Shown here: positions 24,101 through 36,410 of the stretch, one piece after another
Layout of the letters: every line of letters begins with the position of its first letter
Numbering within the stretch: position 1 is the first letter of the stretch
Source of the DNA: Vicugna vicugna
Taxonomy: Eukaryota
Reading direction: 5' to 3'
NCBI GenBank assembly: GCA_013265495.1
Contig: MU058418.1
Span: forward strand, 1,390,917-1,454,916
Length of the DNA: 64,000 nt
Position numbers and translations under genes: made by a program
Notes under the pieces: model-generated
What the model saw: the letters and a program-made list of their open reading frames with translations, nothing else
The model's database searches: none
What the model was told of the DNA's origin: nothing

Positions 24101-27100
24101 CTTCAGGGTCTAAAATGGCAGGTTGACAGCATTTGCCAAAACATGTTTGTGTAAAGCTGCCCCTCCCCCCTGATGTGCCTTCCCGATTTGTCATGGAGGA
24201 GGCCTCGGTTGGGCCAGCGCTGCAGGCAAAGAGGTGCATTTTAATCAGCAAAGCCCCGGCTGTCTGGGACCACCAGGCTGGTGTTCACACACTTCCGTGA
24301 GTCATCTTTATCGCCCATTCCAGCCTGGAAGATGGTGAAAAATTACCAATTAAGCCAGGCTGTTGTGCCCATTAAGTGTTTTCTTGAGCTGCTTCATGTT
24401 GGGGCCATAAAGATTAGCTCCACTGGAGTTGCTACCATTTTGGTGCTTCAGAATTAGATGTGGCCACCTAAGCAAAGCCCTGCAAAGAATGATGTTTTTC
24501 CTGGGGTGACACCAGCAGAAGCCTTGGCTGCTGGCAGGTGGCTGTGGTCTATGATGGGCTGAGTGTCCCTCCGACCCCTCAGGGTGAAGCAGAGATGCAG
24601 GCAGGCTGGCAGGCAGCTCTCTGCTCGGGTGGAGAAGCCATACTCTGAAACCCCACCCGGTCTCTGGATGCCGCCTGAAGTTTCCCTGTCAGCTCCAGTG
24701 AACATTAATTCATTTCCTTTTCTATCCTCAATGTTCCATATTTAGTCCCCAGCTGAAGAGTTGCAAGTTTGGCTCAAATTATCTTTATGTTTAAAGAGTG
24801 AGGAAAGTGGTGTTTCACTTTAATTTGGTGTTTCAGGCAGACTTTCCTCCTGGGAAAGCAGGGGATAGCCTTTACGGATGTGTGGAAGTGAGCATTTCAT
24901 CCCCCCTGGCTTTCTTTCCTTCCCTGTCATATTTGGTATTGGGGTCCTGTTCCTTTCCTCTCTGCCAAGAAGATAAAAACTGCTGAGAAATCCAAATTTA
25001 TGGAGTTAAGTTGTGGGAGGACAGCAGTCGGAACGTTTATGTTTTATTCCCAGATGAAAGTTGATGGGGGTTATGTTTTGTGTACAGTTTTTTTGGAGGC
25101 GTTAACCCTTTCTTAGAACATCATGTGGTTTAGTGGTGATAATTAAGGCAGAAACTTGTCTTCCCTACAGATGCCAAGATTATAGAGGGACTTACTCTCA
25201 CCAGAGACCAGATGACAGCATCCATAGATATTTTTAGAATGGGCCTCATCATTTGGTTTCCCCATTTCATTTTCCTTGCGTCAACAGCCTGATTTCAAAC
25301 TTATTTATTGGGCAGAGGGAGGTTTTCTCCCTGTTAATGAAAGTCGCTGATGGGACAGGACATTTTCATATTTATCGTTAGTTGGCCCATTGCCTAATAA
25401 CTGCAGAATGATAGCTGCACTTCCCTTCAGCTGTGTGCTTCCTTTTCCTTCCAAAAGTTTGGCTTAATCTGATGTTTTTAGACTTACAAGGGCATCATCA
25501 TACACACGTCAACTACAGTTAACGAAACTGTCTTACTTTAAAGAATGTAAGAGTGGTGAGAGCATCCTTGAGATGCAGGAAACTTGTCCCCAGCCTAAGT
25601 ATCATTGAATTCCCACCACTTAATGTGCTCCCTCTGTGCTTTTAGTCCTTGATGGAGTCAGATGAACATGTGCAAACACTGAGCCACCAAAGAGTGGTCA
25701 AAAATCTAAGGTGGTGGGGGTGCTGCTTTCCTTACAATGATTTTTAATCCTAAGGTCATCCCAGTGAGTGGGAGTCCTTGTGTTTGTCTTAGAACAATGA
25801 GTGCATTTCTCTTCAACATTTATCTGGTTCTTTTATGTTTTCACAGTATTTTACAAACTATTTGCCCTCTACTGCAGAGAAACAAGTCTCTTTTCTGTCT
25901 TTTGGAGTGGGAGTTTCTCTGTTCAGTTTGTCCTCTGTGAGAGTGGCCTCTTAACCTGGGCCTGGCCCCTCCCAGCAAACCCTCCAGGCACAGGCCACTC
26001 CCTGAGCAGCTCCAAGGCATGCCTGTGAGACCTTGGGGGCGTGCTAGGAGCTAGTGCCACAAGGAGCCCTAAGCCCATTCTACGAAGGAGGAAAGAGTAA
26101 TGATCAGTATTTCTGATCTTAACGATGAATTTCCCTGAAGATGCTGGACCTTTCCATGAGGGGATGAGAATTTGGCCCTGGGATTGTGATGGTTGTTGCT
26201 CTAGGCTGGCCGACGTGGGCCTCCTGCCCCTGGTTTCGGGGCTGATGTCCTGTCCTGTTAGAATAATGCCACGTTGGGGGCGGGGGTCATAGGTGCCCCC
26301 TGCGTTCTTCCCTCGTATGCTGACCCAGCACTAGCACTAGAGCAAGCTGCGTGCTCTGCTTTTGTACTGGGGAGTGAAGTGTGTCACCCTCCTAGCATGC
26401 AGTGGTTTCCATGGCTGAATAATTAACACCAAAGGGAACCGGGGGATGGGGTCTGAATTAGGTAATACCTTACAGCTTCTCTCTTGGCACTTACAGTGAG
26501 TCAGGATCGGGATTTGGGGACCATAGTCCCCTGATGACTAATTGCTTAGTGATCTTAGATTGTGGTTTATTAAACGTTATTGTGAAGAAAAAAACCAAGT
26601 CCCCTCCCCAAGAAACATATCTGCACCCGTCCCTTCATGCCTCCGGGTCCCAGGTGAAGGAGCTAGACAAGCCCTGGCTCTGGCAGGCTCAGTCCCTCGC
26701 AGATCCTAAGAGCTGGTACCTGTTTTACTTTTTCTCCCTCTGAAATCAATTATTTTATAGTCCAGGATAACATTGCCTAGTACCCTTCCCAAGCAAAGAA
26801 TACCTCCAGGAAAGCCGTCGGCCAGGGAAGCTAAATATTTGAGGAAGGGGTAGGAAGTAGGGGCCTTTTCCTGCTTTGTTGTCTCTGCCTCCAGTAAAAC
26901 AACCTAAATTCTCCTGTTTGGAGCTATAGCGAGGGTAACTGCGACCAAGGGTATGGAATGTTGCAAATACTAAGCCTTGCTGCCTTTTCTGAGTATTGGT
27001 AATAAAAGGTAAGATTGCCAAGCAGCCCAGCCATGGAACAGAATTGAACGTTTGTGAAAATTCCAAGTGAATTTAAGATACTTTTTTCTTTAAAGAGGAG

Positions 27101-28184
27101 AGAAGTAGATGTACATAATGTGTGAGAGAGCTTCCTGATGCATTTTTCATCACTTGTTCACCTAACCTGGTGAGACAATGCTGAGTTCATGTTGCTTCAC
27201 TACCGCTTTTCTCTCCATTTCTTGGCCCAGAGCCATTTTTTTCCGGCCACGATCACTGACACTGTCTCCGTGAACAAAAGGTCCTGAGGCCTGTCATGTC
27301 AGTTCCTTTAGCTACATCTCTACGAGTATACTTTTTTTTTTTTGTTAATCCTCTAACTTTTCCTGGCTCAATAGTGGCATGAAGTCTGGTAAGATTTGTA
27401 TACATTCAGATGCTTTGAGAGGATTTACCATTTGAAGACTGAGGCATAATAATAATGTTAATTGTTAAAGGGATGTTTTGTGGGAGGTTTTTGGGGGCCA
27501 TATTTGTGTATAATTTTTTTCTCTGCAGATTTTTAATATAAAAAGCAGATTCCTAAGATAGCCCACTTAGAGATTATTTCTCCTTTTATAGTGAGGGAAG
27601 TCGAGATTGCCCACCTCCACCCCACCCCCAGCAGGGCAGACTGATGAAGCCTTTGTAGAAAGTGGCTATTTCAACTCCCCTGGTCTTGGGGTATCAATGG
27701 GCAGGGTGGGAAGCAAGGTTGGTCAGTCCACATAGCCAGTAGGGGAGAACCAGAAAAGCACAGCTGGTGTGCTTGGGGTTTTAGCACGAAAGTCCCATGT
27801 TCCCGGACACCCCTCAGTCCACACACTAGGGCAAAACCCCATCTGCACCCTGGCCCTCCCTAACCTGGCAGGGGCCACTGAGACACCCTGATTTACCTTC
27901 CTTTGTTAACCTCCCCAAGTGAATGACCCTGGTTCCTCTATGCTTTTTAACCTGAGGGCATTGTGTGATAAAGCACAGATACAAGGTAAGTGATCTCCAT
28001 GCTTTGTCCTTAGGTTTTCAGATCTTTAAAGCTAGTGCAACAAAAAAGCTTTACTGCCAGTGCTCTTGACCAGAGGTATGAGAGGGGATGGAAGCTGATG
28101 AGGTGAGACCCTGAGCCACCCACTCTTGCCATCTGAATGTCCTTCACCATCTCTGATTTTCTTTTCTCCTCCTATAGACCCTCA

Positions 28185-28310
28185 AACTGACACAAGACCT
28201 ACAGAGAAAACCCTTTGCCAAATCTGCTCTCAGCAAGTGGACAGTGATACCGTTTACAGCTTAACACCTTTGTGAGCCCGCGCCATTTCCTAACCCAGCA
28301 GAGACTGTTA
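28185..28310 (+). promoter_or_regulatory. Cluster of miRNA seed matches at the start of the last exon
   Basis: miR-223 8mer AACTGACA 28185-28192; miR-182 8mer (also a miR-96 7mer-A1) TTGCCAAA 28215-28222; miR-30 7mer-A1 GTTTACA 28252-28258; miR-132/212 8mer GACTGTTA 28303-28310. Confidence 0.75.
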
Positions 28311-29040
28311 ACGGCCCCTTACCCCGGGTGAAGCACTGACCCTCGGCAACAGAACTCTATCAAGTATGCAAAATCTTCCTTGTACGGGGTGACAGCCACC
28401 TGCCAGCAAAGGACAGCACCCTGCCAGCACCGCCCACCCCGTTCAGAGCACACCGTGAGCCCTCAGGCCATCCTGTGGTGTTTTAATATCAAGATGGTTA
28501 ATGGGATGTTTTAAGTGTTGTTTCTGTGTTTGTTTTCCTTTAAGTTTCTCACATACATTAACTTGCAGTCTTTTTATGTTAAAATGTTAATCATGCTTCC
28601 CCTGGCAAATTTAAAAACAGAAGGAAAATGTACCAGGTACGGTGCTGGCTTTGGGCGTCACAAGCGTTTGAGTCCATGGAACTCCCCAAAATAATGCATT
28701 ACATAAACTAGAGGGGGATTTTCTTTCTTCTTTTGTTTGGTTGAAAACTCCTTTTCTAAAAACTGAACAATGGCACAAGTGTTTGCCGTGCGCCCTGCCC
28801 TGGTCCAGGACGGAGCCCTGCGTAGGCAAAATGAATGGGGCGTGGCGTCCCACCCCGTGTGCTCGGTTCTGAGTTGGGGCGGGGGGCTGGGGCTTGTCCC
28901 CTGACACCTGGTCTGCTGTTGTCAGATCAGTAGGGCCTGTGGTCTCCTGTCAGTATCCTCAGCTACCACAGTCAACCGTGGTGGTATGTTGGTTAGAAAT
29001 TAGGATTTTTTCAAGGAAGAAATCAGCTCAGCTGTCTGCT

Positions 29041-29609
29041 CATTGCCAAATGCCACTAACAAATTTAGTTTTAAGGAGAAAAGAAAAAAAAAAAGTAGTT
29101 CCATTTTGCTTTGCAGAAGAAATGAACTTACAGGTGAGCGTGAAGCCTGCAGTGAGAAATGTGTGAAAAGTACACAAGTCACTATTTTCCTAAATGCACA
29201 CCCTTGATTATTTTCAGCCTTGCTCTGTATAATCTGACCTACTAGATGTGTATGAGTGAGAGGCAGTAGCGTAGAAACTGATTTTTTTAAATATATATAC
29301 TCTTAGATTGTAATTGTACAAGTGACACAATGGAAGTGCAAGATAGGGCAGTTTTGACCTTTTCCCACCTCCACTCTCCTGCTTCTATGGATTTCATTTT
29401 TTCTTTTCAAAAAGTTATGGTGCTGTATAGGTGCTTTCTGTTTAACCCGGAAAGTGTGATTATATTAGTTACTCTCTTTAGTAGACAGAATAGTTGGGCA
29501 CACCTTTGGTACATATGAAACTGGTGTAATGACGCTCTGATTAGCACAGCATATGCATACTTCTCCAAAGTGATATATGAAGACTCTTTTCTTTGCATAA
29601 ACAGCATTA
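29041..29609 (+). promoter_or_regulatory. Further miRNA seed matches in the 3'UTR
   Basis: CATTGCCAAA 29041-29050 is complementary to miR-182-5p nt 1-10; miR-29 7mer-m8 TGGTGCT 29418-29424; miR-155 7mer-m8 AGCATTA 29603-29609. Confidence 0.7.
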
Positions 29610-31467
29610 GGCATATAAATGTATAAATATATTTTATCATGTACAGTACAAAAATGGAACATTCTGCATGGATGTTAGGAATACAGGCTAGTATTTCAGC
29701 ACAGACCTCCCTGCATGAGTTCTCGCTGACGCTTGCACCGTGCAGTGGGCACTGACTCCCTTCCACCAACACAGACGTGCCACCCAACCCCCTGCACCGC
29801 ATCACCGGCCACCAGGGGCCCCTTGTGTACCTTGGCTTCCTAATTCCTCTGGGGGTGACACCGGTGGTGATAACAGCTCCTAGCATAATGAAAGTTCCAT
29901 ATTGGTGTTGTCACTCGTCTCTCCCGCCTCACTTGAGTTGTCATGTTTGAGCAATGGCCCTGTTGATTTCACCCTGCCTTTTACTGAATCTGTAAATTGT
30001 TGTGCAATTGTGGTTATAGTAGACCTGTAGCATATCGCCTTTTCTAAACTGCTACAAGTTTATAATCTTCATTTTGAAAGTATGTATCGTTTTTTAAAAT
30101 ATGTATTCTATTTACATGGTCTGCTTGTCAGTGAGACAGACTTTTGCTTACTTTATTCCTTTATAATAATGCTAGCCACTTCCTTGATTCTTTGGTAGTC
30201 AGCTGTGCACAAGAACTGGCCAGTGTCAGCAAAAGAGGGCTGCCTCTCTGGGTTCCTAAGTGATGCTACCCTGAGTGGAGACACAGTTGAGAGACAGTGG
30301 CAGCAGCTCGGGGTCGGGTGGGGGATATGGGACACAAGGGAGAATCCGGAGTGCTTCCAACATGAGGGCCCTGAGAATTTCTCCCCTGAACTCAAAGAAA
30401 CAAGAAAACTTAACAAAATAGCTGTTTGCCTTTGCAGCTTCATACCCCCCTGGAACTACTTTAGGAGTAAGAGAGGCAACCTTCAAATGTGTTTCGACTT
30501 TAAAATGCTGAATTCCTTTCAGACATGTGGCATCTCACTTACTCTTTTTCTCTTGATGTTTGTTAGATTTCAGGCAGAATGTCTTACAAAATGTCCTAGA
30601 ACCAGATTATAATTTAATCTAAAACAGCTGAGGGAGGGACAGAGGCAGTATAAGAGCAGGATAGCCACAGAGCACATTAGGAAATGGGGAGGAAGGAGAT
30701 TTTTAGGTAACTCTAACAGCGTCTATACCTAGAGGGTCATAGATGGCTGAGATCAGGGCAGAGTCGAAGCATCAGTCCTAGGAGGAGTCCGGCAAGAATG
30801 GAGCAGTTAGGCCTGTCTAGGATCACAGCAGCCCCACTCTCACTCCTGGCCACCCTCTGCTGGCCACTCACCCAGAGGCCAGGCTCTCTTAGACTAGCTG
30901 GGTCCTAAGCCAGTCAAACTGTGCAGGGGTGCCACCTAAGCCCTCTGCCTCTTCTATAAAGACCCTACTTTCAGGAAGGGCCGACTGATGGCCACCACGT
31001 GGAGTTCTGAGTGTCATGGGCCCCTCCCAGGAAGTTTTCTGAGCATCTCAGTGGAATACTTAGTAGCCTCTGGGGCCTGGCAGCTGTAATGTTTGCATCC
31101 TAATAAGAACTATCCAAGGCTACTCTCAGCCTCTAAATAAGCCTAGGGAGCCTTCCCCTTTTTGATGAGAAGTTAGAAAGAAGAATGACAGTACAGAAAA
31201 CGTGACCAGCACTCTGAGGCTCCCTTGTTCTTATCAGAGCTCCAAAACCAGATACCTTTTACCAAAGTTAGACAAGAGCTTTACCCAAGCCTTCACTGCT
31301 CTGGCATGAGGACTGACCACCAGGATCCCACTAACTGTGAACAAACCTGATTTCCTTTATTGCATCCCTATGACATGATGATTGCTGAAATATAGTTTTT
31401 AAAATTTCAGACGTTTGTCTTTCCTGTTTACAGGAGGAGCATGCACACACGTGTAGTACAGGCAGAC

Positions 31468-31520
31468 GTGTGTGTGTGTGTTGTGTGTGGTGGTGTTTTG
31501 GTGTGTGTGTGTATGTGTGT
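31468..31520 (+). repeat. Imperfect (GT)n microsatellite in the 3'UTR
   Basis: gtgtgtgtgtgtgttgtgtgtggtggtgttttggtgtgtgtgtgtatgtgtgt. Confidence 0.9.
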
Positions 31521-32040
31521 CACTTCCCCACCCGGAGAGGACCTGGTGACTCAGTGCTCAGGACAGATATGCCCAGTCTCAGGGTGTCATTACAGGTGGC
31601 TTCTGACCTTGTTAAAGATGGTAGGAAGTCTATCTCATGAACCCCACGTAAAGAGGAAGGAGCATCTGAATCTCTTGGAAAGACTGTCAAGAGGAAAGCA
31701 GCCAAACAGCCAGGGCTGTTGTGCGTGCTGATGCCAAGGACTGCTGAGGAGGAGTAAAAACGTTACCCTTTCTCTAAAAGCAGAAATAAAACCGTGACAG
31801 CTCTGAACTCTGATTTCTTTTTTCTTGCTGTGTTTGGAGAACGTTGTATGATTAGGCATAACTTTTTTTTTTAAGAAAAAATTTTTTGTAGAAATGCAAT
31901 CACTGGCAAAGAGGTACGAAAAAGCCAGCCTCTCCTGGAGACCAGGGGCTGCAGGGCACGAGGAGGGGAAAGTGCAGTCCTTGTGAAATCATGTCTGTCA
32001 AACAGGATCTTAACGCAGATGCCCAAGTCACTGAAAAGAA

Positions 32041-32207
32041 TAGTCGGCTCTCTGTATACACGGTGCTGCATCTGAGAATTCAACCAGCCGTGGATATGGA
32101 GAGCTGACTGTGCTACGCTGTTTTATATAAGAGATTTGAGCATCCACGGATTTTGGTATCTGTGGAGGTCCTGAAACCGATCCCCCACAGATACCAAGGG
32201 ACGACTG
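32041..32207 (-). mobile_element. Internally deleted MER2/Tigger-family (Tc1/mariner) MITE in the FOXO3 3'UTR
   Basis: TIR-like ends TAGTCGGCTCTCTGTAT and GATACCAAGGGACGACTG. The internal TTGAGCATCCACGGATTTTGGTATC and AACCGATCCCCCACAGATACC match the MER2 consensus in reverse. Confidence 0.8.
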
Positions 32208-32941
32208 TGTATTATATTTGATCTAGATCTTTAGTGGGTCATATTTTATGCAATTTGAATGAATATTTTCCTGTTTAGTTTTATTTGTATGTATTTTTCT
32301 TTGATGAATGATTGGTTCTGAGGCATCTGCCACACTCCAGAAATATTTGTGCGGCTGCTTAAAAAAACAACACTGTGTCTGGTCACTTATTTCTCTAAAA
32401 ATTATCTCATTGCCTGGCAATCAATCTTCTTTCAATATACTTTTCCTACACAGGAAATGTAAACAGATGTGAAGGAGGACCAGAAAAATTAGTTAATATT
32501 AAAAAAATGTATTGTACGTTTTGGCTTCACATGTTTAACTTTTTTTAAGAAAAAAGTTGCATGAATGGAAAAAAAATCTGTATACAGTATCTGTAAAACT
32601 GTCTTACCTGTTTCAATTTCTTGCTCATACCCCATACAAACTAGAATTAAATACGGTGCATGGCCATATTCAAACACCTAAGAGTCATGCAGTTGATACT
32701 TTGGTTTGAAGCACCTCATCCTTTCTTTCAAAGCGAACACTATCATATTGCATTCTTACGGAGGAGTCTGTCTAACCATATGTTGCCATGAATTAACTCT
32801 ACCACCTTTCTTCACAAGAATCAAAACCAGTTTGATTTGGGGATCTTCTCCTTTCCAAATGACATAGAGATGCAGTACTTAAATTTCCTTGGTGTTTGTA
32901 GATAATGCCTTGTGTATTCCATTTAAAATCGTAATCTAGTT

Positions 32942-33030
32942 TGTAAAAGAGATGGTGACGCATGTAAATAAAGCATCAATGACACTCTGTCTTACTCCAA
33001 GAAGTTTTTGTTCTCCCTCCCCCTTTCTTT
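32942..33030 (+). terminator. FOXO3: Distal polyadenylation signal of FOXO3
   Basis: AATAAA at 32967-32972, upstream TGTA motifs (32942, 32963) and a downstream T/GT-rich tract (gtttttgttc, ~33004). Confidence 0.85.
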
Positions 33031-35779
33031 AACCCCAGCAGTGAAACAGCTGAGTTTGTCTCAAGGTCTTCCTGTGGAATTAACTTCGCAGGCTGGGGGA
33101 GGCACAGAGCAGAGATTTTATCCTGAGATCTCTAAACTAACGAACGAAATGATCCAGCAAACTTTTTCTCTGACCCACTTTTGACCTCCACAGGCAACCA
33201 GACAATTTAATAAAGCAGATTTACGGCATTCATGGTGGCTGAGAGCCACTTACGGGCGGCCCAAGCCACATCGCCCTGGAGGAACATTTACATAGGGAGG
33301 TGAGATTTAGACTCTGCCCTCACTGAGTGTCAGAGGTCTTGACCTATCAAAGTTTTAGCCCTAAGGAGTTCCTGCTCCCGTGAATCCAGCAGATGAACAT
33401 CAGTCATCATAGTGCCCTCCTCCGTATGGAAAGTCGAACATGATACCTCAGGCTGCTGGTGGCAATAGCATAGATGTTTCCTCTACATTTAGAGTTTCTC
33501 AGCTAAGTTAGGGGGAACTCCACCCTACTGTAAAAACTATTCTTAGTAGCCTGGATTGTGTTTTTCCTTTTAATCGATGTTATAAAAATTATTTGGCTTT
33601 TGGGTTCAACGTCCTAAGCAGCACAAGGGACTCATTTCAGATCAAGTAGGTAAAAAAGAATTTCAAGTTTCTCCTTACCGTTGTTTTCATTACCCATAAA
33701 GGTAAACCCTCACCATCTTCTAATATCAGAGCCATCTAGAAGGGATTTCATTTGAAATTGCTTCCCAGTTTTGATCTGTCTCTCAAGATTACAGCTGGAA
33801 ATCCAACACCAGGTATCACAAGATTCTCAGTAGAGTATTCCTCCAAACCAGGTAAAAATTCAACTAAAAGTAATTAAAGTTAACTTAATGAACAACAGTT
33901 ACTAAGTCGTCAAGTGTGGCCGTGGGTCAGAGGCTACTAAGGGTACTGAGGGAACTAGGACCCAAGCCCCGCCCTGCATGAGTTTGTCCTCAAGGAATCA
34001 ACTGACCTGTTCCACCTTGAAGAAGAGCTAATTCTTTCCCATTCCCCTACCTCAGCTTCTTGTTTAAAAGAATTTGCACTGGTTAAGCTAACGCTTCAGG
34101 GATTTGATTTCACAAATGTTTGAGTAGTGAGGGCAAACCTTTAATCCAGCCCATGTGACATGTATTGGGCAAGTCATCCCCCAGCACAGCTGGATACAGA
34201 GGTCACAGGTGGAGGAAGGTAGAGCATAGAGTTCACAACCATGGTCTGCCAGACACTCCACCCTCTGTCCCCATTGCCACTCCCCTAGGATGTGGAACAA
34301 GGGAGGTGGCGACAGGAAAGGGGTGGGGAGCTGTCTGGTGCCCTGGGTGCCTCCCAGCTCAGCCTGCGATGGGCATGGGCAGGGGAGTGTTTGAAGGGTG
34401 CAGGTAAAGAGAACTGCGTCCACAGGCGACCCACCCTCCCTCTGCTTCCATCAAAGAGAAGCACTGGTGCTGGGCTCCGAGGACTAGATACCTTGGAGCT
34501 GGAGGAAAGAGCATCCTTCCCCCTGAATTTTCCTCATTTGAACGTTAAAAGAGAAAAACTCTCAGTAATACTTAAGACTTGGAGAAAATGAGATTGTGTC
34601 TGTGTGTCTGTAGACCTGCCTAGTGTCTATTACATAGTAATGCCTCAAATCAGCTTTTGCCCTCCTTCTCTGAGCACCTACTAGAAACACTACAAACATC
34701 CCCACTCCTACTCAGGGAGAAAAATCTGGATGTTCTTGTATTGGCACAGGCCCACTTCTGTGGTCCTACCTCCCTTCATCCCACCAGCCCCTATGATGTG
34801 CCAGGATGACAGAGAGAGCTGCCTGGTCTCAGGTCTCTCCCAGCAACGGCCTTACTGCCCACTCCAAAGGCTCCAAAGGGGTCAGTAGCTCTGCATGCTG
34901 GTGATTTTCCAGCCAGAGAGCCCCAGTCCAGAAGAAATCACAGAAAACTTGGTTATGGTTCAGTCTGGGGACAGAGGCAAGGGACCTTGGCTTTCAACTC
35001 TTCTTGCATACGATTTTAACTTATCAAAGTGGGAGGGTGTTATTTTTATAAAGATAAATGTAGTTTCTAAAAGCCAGGCAGAGAGGCTGGCTTTGACCCC
35101 GCTTCTGAGACCGGAGGGAATAAGGAATAAGGTGGGAGAAGGGGATTAGGGAGTAAAAGTAGTGATAATGAGAGGACGATACTGTTCAAAAGGAATCTGA
35201 TAAATGAATGATATCGTTGCAAAGTTGTGTCATCATAACTTTGGGTTTCCATAATTTCCTCCTATTAACATCTTCAACATTAGTATAGGAATTATCTAAT
35301 CAGAAAAAAGGAATAGTATGCCTTTGTTAAAATAATAATTATAAAAACTACATGTTTATATCAGATACATGCTTAGAAATGTAATTATCTAGTGCTTTTA
35401 TAACATAAGAAAAGTAAAAAGCAAATAGAAATACCATATACCAGTGTAAACTGTGGCTGAGAAGAGGTACTAAAAGGTAAAATGCAAACATTGAAATAAT
35501 TCTTGTGTCCTGGACACTTTCGGCCTCAACGCTGGACTCAGGACCTCAACTGCTGGCTCCATGAATAAGCTAACACTGTTCCTGGGCCACTGTGGGTCCC
35601 GCTCCAGTAGGGGAGAAGGGGCTCTTCCTCTCACCAAGATATGTCCATTGGGTAAACCCTCAAATAGAACGCTATGCTCATGCCAGGACTTGTCCCCAGA
35701 AGACAAATGTCCATTGTATCTGTCAATTAGGTTATGGAATTTTTTGTGAAGATTATCTTCATTTGTTGCACTGTATTTT

Positions 35780-36410
35780 GAAATATTTTCAAAGGTAGTG
35801 CATTCACGATTCAAAAGTTAGAAAGCATATTGATACACACAGGGAATGTTCTCTTCCCATCTCTGTCTAGTTCTTTGCCCATTCCCTCCCACTTCAGTTT
35901 CTTGGGTATCCTTCCAGAATTGCTTATGCATCTGCAAGGAATAAAAACATAAATTCTTACTTTCTCCTTTTTATGACACAAAAAAAATACATTATACACA
36001 CTGTTGGGTATCTTGCTTTGTGAATGATTTCCTCATAGATGGAGGAAATATCAGTACCTAGAAAGCCTCCTAATTTTTAGAGCTGCATAGTATTCCATTG
36101 TGTCCTTGTATCACAATTCATTTAACCAGCAGTCCTCTACTGATAGACACTGGACATTGTTTCTAAACATTTGTTATTATCAACAACACTGCAGTGAATA
36201 ACCTTATAACACTATATTACATACACATATCAGAATCTTTGTAGGGCTAACACCCAAAGGAGGAGTTACTGGGGCAAAAGACACATACATATTTGCAATT
36301 TTGATAGATGGACCAAATCACCCTCCTGTGTACCAATCCACAACACCAACAATAGATGAGAAGCCCTGGTTTCCCATAGCCTGATATTTTTTAAAGTTTT
36401 AAAAATTAAC
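35780..36410 (-). mobile_element. Old L1ME-like fragment
   Basis: GCTGCATAGTATTCCATTGTG...TTTAACCAG...CTACTGATAGACA...CACTGCAGTGAATAACCTT. Confidence 0.65.

Larger units (their letters stand above)
13878..28177 (+). other. FOXO3: 14,300-nt intron within the FOXO3 3'UTR
   Basis: Donor CAG|GTCAGT lies 35 nt after the stop. Acceptor is ttttcttttctcctcctatag|ACC with branch-like CTGAT at 28153-28157. The spliced junction GGGCAGAGCAG|ACCCTCAAACTGACACAAGACC matches the mammalian FOXO3 mRNA as I recall it. Confidence 0.9.
28178..32988 (+). other. FOXO3: FOXO3 terminal non-coding exon (~4.8-kb 3'UTR)
   Basis: Starts ACCCTCAAACTGACACAAGACCTACAGAGAAAACCCTTTGCCAAATC and ends GATGGTGACGCATGTAAATAAAGCATCAATGACACTCT, both recognisable FOXO3 UTR blocks. 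The cleavage position is approximate. Confidence 0.88.
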
